49,762 nt of DNA from Eubacteriales bacterium (GCA_045649265.1 JAZRPO010000075.1:1-49762); one strand, 5' to 3'; numbered from the stretch's first letter, positions 27,810-37,706 are shown. Translations and numbers: made by a program. Notes: generated from the sequence alone by a model not told the origin.

Positions 27810-28286
27810 TTATGCGTGAAGAGCAAATAAATCAATAGCTCCTATAAAGCCGTAGGAAACTGCCGAAACTATAAGAGCTGCGATTACTACACCTACCAAA
27901 ATCGAAGGCATTGCATCTTTAAGCCTCATACCCAAAAAACCCGCAAGTGCCGCTCCTGTCCATGCTCCGGTACCGGGAAGCGGAATTGCAACAAGTATGA
28001 TAAGCCCGATGATTTCATACTTTGAAATCATCTTTTGCTTACTCAGAACATGCTGCTCGCACCATTCAACCATAGGCTTGAAAAAACGAAAATTTTTCAG
28101 CCATAAAAAAATATTCCTGACAAAGAGAATTATAAACGGAACAGGCAACATATTTCCGAGAATTGAAACAAATAGATTGGTCCAAAAAGGGAGCCCCACT
28201 GCTGCACCATAAGGAATTGCACCTCGAAGCTCTGCCACGGGAACCAATGATATCAGAAAAACAATTAATTCCGGAAAAACTGTCAC
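27810..28286 (-). CDS. COG2426 / putative small multidrug export family membrane protein
   Basis: SLVPVAELRGAIP, GNMLPVP, VAIPLPGTGAWTG. Confidence 0.88.
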   Translation of the reverse strand: MTVFPELIVFLISLVPVAELRGAIPYGAAVGLPFWTNLFVSILGNMLPVPFIILFVRNIFLWLKNFRFFKPMVEWCEQHVLSKQKMISKYEIIGLIILVAIPLPGTGAWTGAALAGFLGMRLKDAMPSILVGVVIAALIVSAVSYGFIGAIDLFALHA

Positions 28287-28317
28287 AGAAATTCACCTTC
28301 TTAAAAATATATGTTAT

Positions 28318-28346
28318 ATTATAACATTTTTTTTTGAAATAAACAA
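28318..28346 (-). promoter_or_regulatory. SigA promoter of the COG2426-recD2-comF operon
   Basis: TTGTTT-17-TATAAT with extended TG. Confidence 0.6.
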
Positions 28347-28399
28347 GCACAATAATCACCTCAGAATTTGCTTTGTTTTAAAAAAGTGTATTTTTTATG

Positions 28400-28428
28400 T
28401 AATATTTGTCCAAAATAGAAAATATATA
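28400..28428 (+). promoter_or_regulatory. Possible SigE-type promoter
   Basis: TAATATT-14-AATATATA, the same layout as upstream of the DUF4830 gene. Confidence 0.35.
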
Positions 28429-28475
28429 TAAGTACCGGTAAATTTAGTTGTATACGATACTTAGGAGGTTTTCAT

Positions 28476-28778
28476 ATGGACAAGGCAATACAGAAAAAAT
28501 ACATCTCTTTGGGAAAATTTTTTACCCCGCTCCTGAAAAAAATTTTTTCAAAACCCATTGAAGAAGAAAGCAATAAAGAAAGGCAAGCTCTTCTTTCTGA
28601 TATTGAAAAGGCCATTTCTGATATCAGACATGCACGTTTATGCTTTGAGGAAGCATCAAGCCCCGAGATGATAGAAGCCTGCATATATGAAATTAAATCC
28701 GCAGAGGCGCGATACAGCTTTCTTCTCAGAAAAGCAAAGCTCTCCTCTGCAAAGGAAATTTCAAAAATCGAGTTGTGA
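28476..28778 (+). CDS. DUF2508 / YaaL family protein
   Basis: FEEASSPEMIEACIYEIKSAEARYSFLLRKAK; AGGAGG RBS. Confidence 0.82.
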   Translation: MDKAIQKKYISLGKFFTPLLKKIFSKPIEEESNKERQALLSDIEKAISDIRHARLCFEEASSPEMIEACIYEIKSAEARYSFLLRKAKLSSAKEISKIEL

Positions 28779-28805
28779 TTCTTATCCTGACGAGTAATCC
28801 CCAAA

Positions 28806-28845
28806 AAGTTAAAGCGACAGGGGTATTCCCCTGTCGCTTTAACTT
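28806..28845. terminator. Intrinsic terminator between convergent genes
   Basis: AAGTTAAAGCGACAGGGG-TATT-CCCCTGTCGCTTTAACTT. Confidence 0.85.
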
Positions 28846-28853
28846 AAAAAAGG

Positions 28854-28958
28854 TTAGTTGCAGTTATTATTTCCGCAGAGAAGCCATACTACTACGATAG
28901 CTGCGATGATGATGATCCAGTTGCAGCAGTTGTCTGAGTAATTGTCATTGCATAACAT
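28854..28958 (-). CDS. Unannotated 34-aa Cys/Asn-rich single-TM peptide, probably spore-associated
   Basis: MLCNDNYSDNCCNWIIIIAAIVVVWLLCGNNNCN*. AGGAGGT-9 nt-ATG; terminator directly after the stop. Confidence 0.75.
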   Translation of the reverse strand: MLCNDNYSDNCCNWIIIIAAIVVVWLLCGNNNCN

Positions 28959-28990
28959 GTGGCTGTTACCTCCTAAAAGTTTTTTCACTT

Positions 28991-29017
28991 CATTCTATGT
29001 TCCTACACAAAAAGCGT
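28991..29017 (-). promoter_or_regulatory. Possible SigK-type promoter of the 34-aa peptide gene
   Basis: AC-16 nt-CATAGAATG. Confidence 0.45.
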
Positions 29018-29043
29018 TACTGGAATTTTTTTCCAAAAAGATA

Positions 29044-29072
29044 TTGACAATTTTGGAAATATTTGGTATTAT
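29044..29072 (+). promoter_or_regulatory. Near-consensus SigA promoter driving the candidate sRNA
   Basis: TTGACA-17-TATTAT with extended TG. Confidence 0.8.
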
Positions 29073-29078
29073 ATATGT

Positions 29079-29192
29079 GATGAAAGACGCTCGCACAAAA
29101 AAGTGCGGATGTCCGTTCATATCTTTATCCCCACAACCCACTTCACTGGCGCCTGATGCTCTTCTCCTTTGAGCCTCAGGCGCTCCTTCTTT
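29079..29192 (+). ncRNA. Candidate ~114-nt small RNA with two hairpins and a C-rich linker
   Basis: 5' stem-loop at 29080-29120; linker CUUUAUCCCCACAACCCACUUCACU; 3' stem-loop at 29148-29184 with loop UUCUCCUUU and a pyrimidine tail; no RBS-led ORF. Confidence 0.6.
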
Positions 29193-29222
29193 GTATCGAA
29201 AAAGGATTTTCAGGCAATAATA
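29193..29222 (+). promoter_or_regulatory. SigF-type (forespore) promoter
   Basis: GTATC-15-GGCAATAATA matches GYATA-15-GGnnAnAHTR; directly upstream of the BofC-like gene. Confidence 0.65.
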
Positions 29223-29254
29223 AGTGTACTATCATTTGAACGGAAGTGATTCTA

Positions 29255-29617
29255 ATGAGCAAAAGCAAACGTCTTACCATTGCTGTATGTGCTTTTTTTA
29301 TTATGCTTGGATTTTTAAGCGGCGGTATCTCTCTACTTCGGGATTCAACTGAAGAAAAACGTCATGCTCAGCCTGAAAATGTGGATGTTTTTTTGGAAAA
29401 TGAAAATAATGATGAGAAAGCTGACGTAAAGTACACTCTCAAAATACAAGACGGAGTTTTGGTCGTATTTAATGATTCCGATGATATGCGCCCGATTATT
29501 GTTACTGATATTTATGCAAGTACCCTTCGTCATTTAGACCGTGAGCAGCTCACTGATGGTATTGTGGTAAACAGCGAAATTGAGCTGCAAACCCTCCTTG
29601 AAGACTTTACGAGCTGA
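29255..29617 (+). CDS. BofC C-terminal domain-like membrane-anchored protein
   Basis: N-terminal TM segment; YTLKIQDGVLVVF...TDIYASTL...DREQLTDGIVV..EIELQTLLEDFTS. Confidence 0.7.
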   Translation: MSKSKRLTIAVCAFFIMLGFLSGGISLLRDSTEEKRHAQPENVDVFLENENNDEKADVKYTLKIQDGVLVVFNDSDDMRPIIVTDIYASTLRHLDREQLTDGIVVNSEIELQTLLEDFTS

Positions 29618-29746
29618 TATTTATCCTGACTGTAAGATTTTATAAAAAATATATTAAAATGAAAATCCCTCGGAATTGTACTTGATATGCGTGTCAAATA
29701 CCGTTTTTTTTGCATAAGGTATACCAAAGTACATCGGAGGGATTTT

Positions 29747-30811
29747 ATGTTTTCATCTTTCTTTTTAGGAGCAAATTCAGGCTCCGGATTTCACTCTTTT
29801 TATAAAGAGCTAATCGACCTGAAAGAGGCTGATACGGTTTACATTTTAAAAGGCGGCCCCGGCAGCGGAAAATCCTCACTTATGCGCCGGATTATGAAAA
29901 AGGCAGCGGAAAATTTTATTCCGGTTGAAAAAATATACTGTTCTTCTGACCCTGATTCATTAGACGGTGTTATTTTTCCCACTCTCGGAAAAGCGATTGT
30001 TGACGGGACCTCTCCTCATATTACAGAGCCGGAATTTCCGCTCGCAGTAGAGCAGTATGTGAATCTCGGAAGGTTTGCCGATATTAAAAAAATCCATGAG
30101 CATAAAAGCGAAATAATTGATATTAAAAGCAGATACTCAGCATATTTTGACAGAGTTTATCGGATGTGTGCTTGTGCCGAAAAAATTGATGACGAGCTTT
30201 TCAATCTCGCGCTTGGCAAACTACACATTGAACAGTTAAAAAAGAAGGCACGTGCAATCGCTACGCGTGAAATTTGCGGAAAAGGAAGCGGCAGTTCATC
30301 AAAGCGGCGTTTTTGTGAAGCAATCTCCCCAAAAGGCTATTTTTCTCTTCTTGAAAACTGCGAGAGTACTCCCTCTCGAACGTATATAATTGAAGACTCA
30401 TACGGACTTGCGCACTTTATTCTGTCAGAAATTAAAACGGCGTGTAGTGCTGCTGATTTTTCCTGCATTTCCTGTCATAATCCACTTAAACCAACGCAGC
30501 TTTCTCATTTACTTATCCCTGAGCTTTCGCTTGCCTTTATTTCTTCTTCAAGAGATGTTCCTTATAGCTCGGACCACTATAGGAAAATCCGTCTTGATAC
30601 AAAGATTGAATCACAGTTCAACTCCTCAATGAGAAAAAATGCGAAGGAGTTGAGACATCTACGCCGCTCTTTTATTGACAAGGCCTGTTCGCTGCTTTCG
30701 TCTGCAAAGCTTGTTCACGATGAGCTTGAAAATATATATAATCCGTATATAGATTTTGACAGTCTTTATGCCTTTGCGGATGAGCTTTCAAATGACGTTT
30801 TGGGATTTTAG
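29747..30811 (+). CDS. PRK06851-like P-loop ATPase
   Basis: FFLGANSGSGFHSFY, ILKGGPGSGKS, CSSDPDSLDG, DGTSPH, HDELENIY. ATG 29747 follows GGAGGG. Confidence 0.8.
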   Translation: MFSSFFLGANSGSGFHSFYKELIDLKEADTVYILKGGPGSGKSSLMRRIMKKAAENFIPVEKIYCSSDPDSLDGVIFPTLGKAIVDGTSPHITEPEFPLAVEQYVNLGRFADIKKIHEHKSEIIDIKSRYSAYFDRVYRMCACAEKIDDELFNLALGKLHIEQLKKKARAIATREICGKGSGSSSKRRFCEAISPKGYFSLLENCESTPSRTYIIEDSYGLAHFILSEIKTACSAADFSCISCHNPLKPTQLSHLLIPELSLAFISSSRDVPYSSDHYRKIRLDTKIESQFNSSMRKNAKELRHLRRSFIDKACSLLSSAKLVHDELENIYNPYIDFDSLYAFADELSNDVLGF

Positions 30812-30818
30812 AAAATAA

Positions 30819-30862
30819 AAAAGGATTACTTCAGAGGCTTGAAACTCTGAGGTAATCCTTTT
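30819..30862. terminator. Bidirectional terminator ending the ribosomal supercluster and the ATPase gene
   Basis: AAAAGGATTACTTCAGAG...CTCTGAGGTAATCCTTTT. Confidence 0.85.
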
Positions 30863-30874
30863 GCTGTATATGTG

Positions 30875-31216
30875 TTAGATAAGCTCGATTATTGCCATCT
30901 CTGCACAGTCACCGCGGCGCGGACCGAGCTTTGTGATGCGGCAATAACCGCCGTTGCGCTCTGCATACTTCGGAGAAATCTCGTCAAAAAGCTTTTTAAC
31001 GACATCTTCCTTAGTGATAAAAGCAAGAGCCTGACGCTTATTGTGAAGAGTATTTGTCTTTCCGAGAGTAATCATCTTCTCGGTAAGAGGACGAACTTCC
31101 TTTGCACGCATAAGCGTTGTTTCAATTTTTCCGTTTTCAAGCAAATACGTAACCATTGCGCGAAGCATTGCCATACGTGCATCTGTGGTACGTCCAAGCT
31201 TACGTGTTCCGGGCAT
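30875..31216 (-). CDS. rplQ: 50S ribosomal protein L17
   Basis: RKLGR..., [12 protein letters not shown]. Confidence 0.97.
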   Translation of the reverse strand: MPGTRKLGRTTDARMAMLRAMVTYLLENGKIETTLMRAKEVRPLTEKMITLGKTNTLHNKRQALAFITKEDVVKKLFDEISPKYAERNGGYCRITKLGPRRGDCAEMAIIELI

Positions 31217-31261
31217 TGTAATACCTCCTTTTATAATGGCTCATGGCCGCAAGCGGGACAA

Positions 31262-32212
31262 TTAGTTGTCCTCGCTTGCAAGCGCGAGCCCCATTGTATC
31301 AAGTTTGTTGATAACTTCCTCAAGTGATTTGTGACCAAGGTTACGAACCTTCATCATATCATCCTGAGTCTTACTGATGAGATCCTCGACCGTGTTGATT
31401 CCCGCACGCTTTAAGCAGTTAAAGGAACGAACAGAAAGGTCAAGCTCCTCAATCGTCATCTCAAGAACCTTATTGCGCTGATTCTCGGACTTCTCAATTA
31501 CGGTAGAGGTGTTTCCGATATCCTCAGACAAATCAATAAAGAGTGAGAGATGGTCGTTTAAAATCTTTGCGCTGTACGAAACTGCATCACGTGCAGAAAT
31601 CGTCTTGTTCGTCCATATCTCAATGGTGAGCTTGTCGTAATCAGTCATATTGCCGACACGTGTGTTTTCCACATAGTAGTTCACCTTGTGAACGGGCGTA
31701 TAGATAGAATCTATCGGAAGGACACCGATTGCAGCCTGAGGGTCTTTGTTGCGCTCGGCTGAAACGTATCCACGGCCGTGTGCAAATGTAAGCTCCATAG
31801 AAAGAGATGCATCTGCTCCGAGTGTTGCAATGTGAAGCTCAGGATTGAGAATCTCAACCTCACCGGTTGACTGAATGTCGCCTGCTGTGACCTCTCCAAT
31901 TTCGGAAACTTCAATGGAAACAGTCTGCGGCTCATCAGTATGGAGCTTCGCAACGATTTTCTTTATGTTGAGAACAATCTCAGTCACATCTTCCTTGACA
32001 CCGGGAATCGTTGAAAATTCATGTGCAATTCCTGCTATCTTGATGTTTGTAACTGCTACACCGGGAAGTGATGAAAGGAGCACACGGCGGAGAGAGTTAC
32101 CGAGAGTTGTTCCGTAACCTCTTTCAAGCGGCTCGATTATAAACTTTCCGTAAGACCCGTCCTCTACTAAATCCAAACACTCTATACGGGGCTTTTCTAT
32201 TTCTATCATCAT
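31262..32212 (-). CDS. rpoA: RNA polymerase alpha subunit
   Basis: [25 protein letters not shown]; [16 protein letters not shown]. Confidence 0.98.
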   Translation of the reverse strand: MMIEIEKPRIECLDLVEDGSYGKFIIEPLERGYGTTLGNSLRRVLLSSLPGVAVTNIKIAGIAHEFSTIPGVKEDVTEIVLNIKKIVAKLHTDEPQTVSIEVSEIGEVTAGDIQSTGEVEILNPELHIATLGADASLSMELTFAHGRGYVSAERNKDPQAAIGVLPIDSIYTPVHKVNYYVENTRVGNMTDYDKLTIEIWTNKTISARDAVSYSAKILNDHLSLFIDLSEDIGNTSTVIEKSENQRNKVLEMTIEELDLSVRSFNCLKRAGINTVEDLISKTQDDMMKVRNLGHKSLEEVINKLDTMGLALASEDN

Positions 32213-32284
32213 TAATGTTTACCCTCCTCTTTGCGGCATTGCCGCGCTTTATTACACTCGTAGCTCCGAGGGCCTTATGAAATC

Positions 32285-32914
32285 TTACTTAGAATACAAC
32301 TCGACGATGAGATGCTCTTCAATCGGAATATCAATATCTGCTCTGTCCGGAAGATTCATAACCTTAGCCTCGAATGTTGTTTTATTGAAGTCAATCCACT
32401 TCGGTGCGACACGTGAAGAGTTAGCTTCAACAACGTCCTTAAGCTTTGTGAGTGAACGACTCTTCTCGCATACTGCAACAACGTCGCCTGCCTTCAAGAG
32501 ATAGGACGGGATATTAACCTTCTTGCCATTTACTGTAAAGTGACCATGGTTTACAAGCTGGCGAGCCTCAGGACGGCTCATTGCAAGACCAAGTCTGTAA
32601 ACAACATTGTCAAGACGTGACTCAAGGATGCGGAGAAGATTTTCACCGGTGATACCCTGCTTCGCAACAGCCATATCAAAATACTTGTGGAACTGGCTCT
32701 CGTTAACGCAATAATAGCGCCTTGCCTTCTGCTTCTCACGAAGCTGCAAACCGTACTCTGAAAGCTTTTTGCGGCCCTTACCATGCTGACCCGGAGCCTG
32801 TGCCGGACGACGGTCAAGAGCACATTTGCCTGTGTAGCAACGGTCTCCCTTTAAATGAAGCTTCTGGTTTTCTCTGCGGCAGAGCCTGCAGACAGCTCCT
32901 GTATATCTTGCCAT
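32285..32914 (-). CDS. rpsD: 30S ribosomal protein S4 (Zn-binding type)
   Basis: [32 protein letters not shown]. Confidence 0.98.
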   Translation of the reverse strand: MARYTGAVCRLCRRENQKLHLKGDRCYTGKCALDRRPAQAPGQHGKGRKKLSEYGLQLREKQKARRYYCVNESQFHKYFDMAVAKQGITGENLLRILESRLDNVVYRLGLAMSRPEARQLVNHGHFTVNGKKVNIPSYLLKAGDVVAVCEKSRSLTKLKDVVEANSSRVAPKWIDFNKTTFEAKVMNLPDRADIDIPIEEHLIVELYSK

Positions 32915-32935
32915 TTGTTTTACACCTCCAAAAAA

Positions 32936-33340
32936 CTATACACGCCTTCTCTTCGGCGGGCGGCAGCCATTGTGCGGAATCGGAGTAACATCCTTAATCA
33001 TGTTAACTTCAAGGCCTGCTGCCTGAAGTGCGCGGATTGCAGCCTCACGACCTGCACCCGGACCCTTAACATAAACTTCTACTGTTTTAAGACCATGCTC
33101 CATAGCAGCCTTTGCTGCTGTTTCTGCTGCAATCTGAGCTGCAAACGGAGTGGACTTACGTGATCCGCGGAAGCCCATGCCACCGCTTGATGCCCATGAA
33201 AGTGCATTTCCGTTAAGGTCCGTAATGGTTACCATTGTATTGTTGAAGGAGGAACGGATATGAGCCGCGCCATTTTCAATATTCTTACGCTCGCGACGCC
33301 TTCTTGAAGCGCCCTTCTTTGCTGTTTTAGGACTAGCCAC
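32936..33340 (-). CDS. rpsK: 30S ribosomal protein S11
   Basis: [31 protein letters not shown]. Confidence 0.98.
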   Translation of the reverse strand: MASPKTAKKGASRRRRERKNIENGAAHIRSSFNNTMVTITDLNGNALSWASSGGMGFRGSRKSTPFAAQIAAETAAKAAMEHGLKTVEVYVKGPGAGREAAIRALQAAGLEVNMIKDVTPIPHNGCRPPKRRRV

Positions 33341-33354
33341 TTAACATAACCTCC

Positions 33355-33723
33355 TTACTTCTTCTTATTCGCAATCGTCCTCTTCGGACCTTTGCGTGTT
33401 CTTGCGTTTGTCTTTGAGCGCTGTCCGCGAACCGGAAGGCTCTTTCTGTGTCTGATGCCGCGATAGGAGCCAATCTCTATGAGACGCTTGATGTCAAGAG
33501 CATTCTCTCTGCGAAGGTCACCTTCTACAGTGAATGTCTTGCCGATGTAATCACGAAGCTTAACTTCGTCTTCCTCGGTAAGATCCTTGACGCGTGTGTC
33601 AGGATTTACTCCCGTTGCAGCAAGTATCTGGTTTGAACGCTTTCTTCCGATACCGAAAATGTAAGTGAGGCCGATTTCGACTCTCTTTTCTCTCGGAAGG
33701 TCAACTCCGGCTATACGTGCCAT
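33355..33723 (-). CDS. rpsM: 30S ribosomal protein S13
   Basis: [27 protein letters not shown]. Confidence 0.98.
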   Translation of the reverse strand: MARIAGVDLPREKRVEIGLTYIFGIGRKRSNQILAATGVNPDTRVKDLTEEDEVKLRDYIGKTFTVEGDLRRENALDIKRLIEIGSYRGIRHRKSLPVRGQRSKTNARTRKGPKRTIANKKK

Positions 33724-33757
33724 TTAACATACCTCCAATTTTGTATGTGGGTTTTGA

Positions 33758-33952
<195 letters not shown>

Positions 33953-33960
33953 TTATGCAT

Positions 33961-34179
33961 TTACTTTGAACGCCATGTGATGCGTCCACGTGTCAAATCA
34001 TACGGTGACATCTGCACCGTTACCTTATCCCCGGGAAGAATTCGAATGAAGTTCATCCGAAGCTTTCCTGAGATATGAGCCAAAATCTTGTGCCCGTTCC
34101 CGATGTCCACCTGGAACATCGCATTAGGCAGCGCCTCTATGACGGTACCTTCGAGCTCGATTACGTCATCTTTAGCCAA
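33961..34179 (-). CDS. infA: Translation initiation factor IF-1
   Basis: AKDDVIE...[24 protein letters not shown]; TTG start. Confidence 0.98.
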   Translation of the reverse strand: MAKDDVIELEGTVIEALPNAMFQVDIGNGHKILAHISGKLRMNFIRILPGDKVTVQMSPYDLTRGRITWRSK

Positions 34180-34471
34180 GCAAATTACCTCCCTCTGCTT
34201 GTAAGTGCATCTCGGAAAAATCCAATAATGCTTTGCGCATCTCGCTGTTTAATACCTTTTCACCTGAACAGAGCTTCTGCGAAACGCGCGACTCGCAGTC
34301 TGATATAACAACCTTCACGTGTTTGCGCTTTTTCTTCTTTGCGGATTCTATCCTCCGAAGACGCCCGTCAGCAAGGTACACGAAGTTTTCTTCGGTTTTT
34401 AATACGTAGAACAGTCGCTCCTTGTCGCGACCTGCAAGAGAAATAACTATATGTCCAACATCTGCTTCCAT
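34172..34471 (-). CDS. KOW-domain RNA-binding protein (L14e-like)
   Basis: [12 protein letters not shown]...LADG..R....KKKKRKH; conserved position between map and infA. Confidence 0.85.
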   Translation of the reverse strand: MEADVGHIVISLAGRDKERLFYVLKTEENFVYLADGRLRRIESAKKKKRKHVKVVISDCESRVSQKLCSGEKVLNSEMRKALLDFSEMHLQAEGGNLLG

Positions 34472-34490
34472 TTTTTATTTCCTCTACTTG

Positions 34491-35243
34491 TCATTCACTT
34501 TCCAAGGTTAATATTTCGGGACCGTTCTCTGTTATTAATACCGAGTTTTCATAATGTGCAGACAGCTTTCCATCCCGTGTCTTAACGGTCCAGCCGTCGC
34601 TTAATTCTTTGACGGTATAAACGCCCTGATTTACCATGGGCTCAACGGCTATAGTCATTCCGCTGACAAGCCGCGCCCCGACACCCGGATTGCCGAAATT
34701 CGGCACCTCAGGCTCCTCATGAAGCTTCGACCCTACACCGTGTCCAACATACTTCCGAACTACGGAAAACCCGTTTTTCTCGACATAGCTCTGAATTGCA
34801 TGAGAAATGTCAGAGATTCTGTTGCCTACAAGAGCGTATTTCATACCCTCATAGAAGCTCTGCCGGGTTACATCTATAAGCCGTTGCGCTTCTTTATCTA
34901 TCTTCCCCACCGGGAAGGTGTTGGCACAATCGCCGATGTATCCCTGATAAGTCGCTCCTACATCTATTTTTACCAGGTCTCCCTCGCAAATCGAGCGAGT
35001 TCCCGGTATACCGTGAATTACCTCGTCGTTTATCGAAATACAAGCTGCACCGGGAAAGCCGGCATATCCAAGAAAGCTCGGATATGCTCCCTCTTTCTCA
35101 ATCGACTGTTTAATTATTTCGTTAAGCTCGCCTGTTGTAATTCCCGGCGCTACTGCACGGCCGGCAGCAGCAAGAGCGTTTGCCGCTATGCGACCTGCAC
35201 AGCGCATAAGCTCTATTTCTCTTTTTGATTTAATCTGTATCAT
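34491..35243 (-). CDS. map: Methionine aminopeptidase type I
   Basis: CISINDEVIHGIP, GHGVG..LHEEP, AVEPM, SAHYE. Confidence 0.97.
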   Translation of the reverse strand: MIQIKSKREIELMRCAGRIAANALAAAGRAVAPGITTGELNEIIKQSIEKEGAYPSFLGYAGFPGAACISINDEVIHGIPGTRSICEGDLVKIDVGATYQGYIGDCANTFPVGKIDKEAQRLIDVTRQSFYEGMKYALVGNRISDISHAIQSYVEKNGFSVVRKYVGHGVGSKLHEEPEVPNFGNPGVGARLVSGMTIAVEPMVNQGVYTVKELSDGWTVKTRDGKLSAHYENSVLITENGPEILTLESE

Positions 35244-35303
35244 AAGCTCTTTCCTCCGGTTACTGTAAAAGACAGAACATTTGAAGTCAAAACCTTATAC
35301 ATT

Positions 35304-35936
35304 TTATGTCCTCAAGGCCTCAAAAACATGTCGGGTCGTGTCGGCTATGCTGTCGCAACCTTTAACGCTTTTAAGGATTCCTTTTGACTGATAAAACGCA
35401 ACCAACGGTTCGGTCTGCTTATGATATACCAAAAGTCTGTCGCGAACTGTTTCAGGTGCGTCATCTGCTCGAAGAACTAAGTTCCCTCCGCAAGAATCGC
35501 AAACGCCGTCTTTGTTCGGTTTTTTGTGAACCGTGTGATATGACGCTCCGCAGCTTTCGCATACCCTGCGACCACTCATACGTTTCTCTATTTCCGAATC
35601 ATCGACTTCGATTGAGATGACTGTATCAATTTTAACACCCATCTCATCAAGAGCCTCGGCTTGAGCAACTGTCCTCGGCATACCGTCAAGAATAAAACCA
35701 TTCTTGCATTCGTCCGATAAAAGCCGCTCTGATACAATTCTTACAACAACTTCATCAGGAACAAGATTTCCCGCATCTATAAATGACTTTGCCATCAATC
35801 CGAGCTCAGTCTTGTTCTTGATTGCTTCCCTTAAAATATTTCCTGTGGAAATAGTCGGGATATTGAGCTTCTTGCAAAGAAACTCTGCCTGAGTTCCTTT
35901 GCCGGCGCCCGGAGCGCCAAGAAGAATAAGCTTCAT
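35304..35936 (-). CDS. adk: Adenylate kinase
   Basis: GAPGAGKGTQA, LDGMPRT, Zn-lid CxxC motifs. Confidence 0.97.
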   Translation of the reverse strand: MKLILLGAPGAGKGTQAEFLCKKLNIPTISTGNILREAIKNKTELGLMAKSFIDAGNLVPDEVVVRIVSERLLSDECKNGFILDGMPRTVAQAEALDEMGVKIDTVISIEVDDSEIEKRMSGRRVCESCGASYHTVHKKPNKDGVCDSCGGNLVLRADDAPETVRDRLLVYHKQTEPLVAFYQSKGILKSVKGCDSIADTTRHVFEALRT

Positions 35937-35951
35937 TAGGAAAAGCCCCTC

Positions 35952-37250
35952 CTATTCAAGAAAACCCTTATAGTTTCTCATCATAAGCTGAGATTCAAGC
36001 TGCTTTACAGTTTCAAGTGCAACACCTACAACGATGAGTACCGAAGTACCTCCGATTGAGAGGTTAACGCCCGGTGTGAAGTTTCCGACTACAATCGGAA
36101 GAACTGCAATAACGCCGAGGAAGAATGCACCAAACAGAGTAATCTTGCTTATAACCTTTGAAATGAAGTCGGCAGTCGGCTTACCCGGACGGAATCCAGG
36201 AATGAAACCACCGTTATTCTTAAGGTTGTTTGCAATTTCTGTCGGATTATACTGAATAGCTGTGTAGAAATAGCTGAATGCTACGATGAGAATGAGATAG
36301 ATGACAGCATACGGCCAAGTATTCGGAGCAAAAACCTTTTCAAGCATAAACTGCCAGAATTTGTTTCTGTTCGGGAAAAATGCAGCGATCGTTGCCGGGA
36401 ATGTCGCAATGCTTGATGCAAAGATGATAGGCATAACGCCTGACATATTTACTTTAATCGGCAAGTGTGTGCTGCGTCCGCCGTACATCTTACGGCCTAC
36501 TACGCGCTTTGCATACTGGATGGAGAGTCTGCGCTCTGCACTATCAAAGAAAATAATGAAGGCGATTACTGCAAGGAATACTACGATAATTGCAGCGATT
36601 CCATACCACTGAAGGTTTGCGTAGTTACCGATAAGAGACTGAATCGCAGGATAAACACGTGAAATAATGCTTACGAAAAGAATCATTGATATTCCGTTTC
36701 CGATTCCACGTTCTGTAATCTGCTCACCAAGCCACATTATAAACGCTGAACCTGCTGTAAATGTTGCAATGATTGAAATTGCAACCAATGTTCCGTTCAA
36801 GCCCTGAGTGTCGATAAAGCTTGTACCTGTACCGGCACCGTTTTTGAGCAATGAATAGTAAGCAAAGCCCTGAATAAGTGCGATTACTACTGTGACATAG
36901 CGAGTGATTGATGCGATTTTCTTTCTGCCCTCTTCGCCACCCTCTTTTGAGAGGCGTTCAAGAGCAGGAATTGCAACTGATAAAAGCTGCATGATAATTG
37001 ATGCATTGATATATGGCTGAATGGACAGCGCAAATATCTTAGCTTGTTCGAAAGCACCACCGGACATAACATTCATAAATCCGAAAATCGTATTGCCATA
37101 AGCATCAAAGAGATCGCTTAAAAGCGCGGAATTAATGAACGGTACCGGGATAGCTGAGCCAAGTCTAAAAATAAACAGACAGAAAAGCGTGAATAAAATC
37201 TTACTGCGAAGCTCGGGTACTTTCCATGCGTTCTTAATTGTAGTAAACAA
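35952..37250 (-). CDS. secY: Preprotein translocase SecY
   Basis: WLGEQIT..GIGNGIS, GVMPIIFA, FIPGFRPG, GGTSVLIVVGVALE. Confidence 0.98.
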   Translation of the reverse strand: MFTTIKNAWKVPELRSKILFTLFCLFIFRLGSAIPVPFINSALLSDLFDAYGNTIFGFMNVMSGGAFEQAKIFALSIQPYINASIIMQLLSVAIPALERLSKEGGEEGRKKIASITRYVTVVIALIQGFAYYSLLKNGAGTGTSFIDTQGLNGTLVAISIIATFTAGSAFIMWLGEQITERGIGNGISMILFVSIISRVYPAIQSLIGNYANLQWYGIAAIIVVFLAVIAFIIFFDSAERRLSIQYAKRVVGRKMYGGRSTHLPIKVNMSGVMPIIFASSIATFPATIAAFFPNRNKFWQFMLEKVFAPNTWPYAVIYLILIVAFSYFYTAIQYNPTEIANNLKNNGGFIPGFRPGKPTADFISKVISKITLFGAFFLGVIAVLPIVVGNFTPGVNLSIGGTSVLIVVGVALETVKQLESQLMMRNYKGFLE

Positions 37251-37691
37251 TTAGACCACCTCGACCTTCCCTCCGGCGGCTTCAATCTTTGCCTTTGCCG
37301 ATTCGGAGAAAGCATTAGCTTTTACTGTAAGCTTCTTTGTGAGATCACCGTTTCCGAGAACACGGAGACCGTCTTCTGCCTTACGGACAATCTTCTTATC
37401 GAGAAGCTCTTCGACACCTATAACGGCATCATTGTCAAATGCGTTAAGAGCATCGACATTAACTATTGCGTACTTCTTTGCAAAGATGTTATTAAAACCA
37501 CGTTTTGGGAGACGTCTGGTGATAGGCATCTGACCGCCTTCAAAACCGATACGGACACCGCCGCCGGATCTTGCGTTCTGACCCTTATGACCTTTTCCCG
37601 CTGTTTTGCCATTGCCCGAGCCGGGACCCCTGCCTTTACGCTTAACGTCACTGACAGAGCCTGCTGCGGGAGATAATTCGTGCAGTTTCAT
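37251..37691 (-). CDS. rplO: 50S ribosomal protein L15
   Basis: [19 protein letters not shown]. Confidence 0.98.
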   Translation of the reverse strand: MKLHELSPAAGSVSDVKRKGRGPGSGNGKTAGKGHKGQNARSGGGVRIGFEGGQMPITRRLPKRGFNNIFAKKYAIVNVDALNAFDNDAVIGVEELLDKKIVRKAEDGLRVLGNGDLTKKLTVKANAFSESAKAKIEAAGGKVEVV

Positions 37692-37706
37692 AGCTACACC
37701 TCCCTA

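Noticed and set aside
28854-28958. The 34-aa peptide as substrate of the PqqD/S26 module
   Set aside because: It lies 18 kb away, has a different promoter type and no evident leader/core layout. Nothing in the sequence links them.
28942-29172. 76-aa plus-strand ORF across the sRNA promoter
   Set aside because: It has no RBS, spans promoter elements and overlaps the better-supported minus-strand peptide gene.
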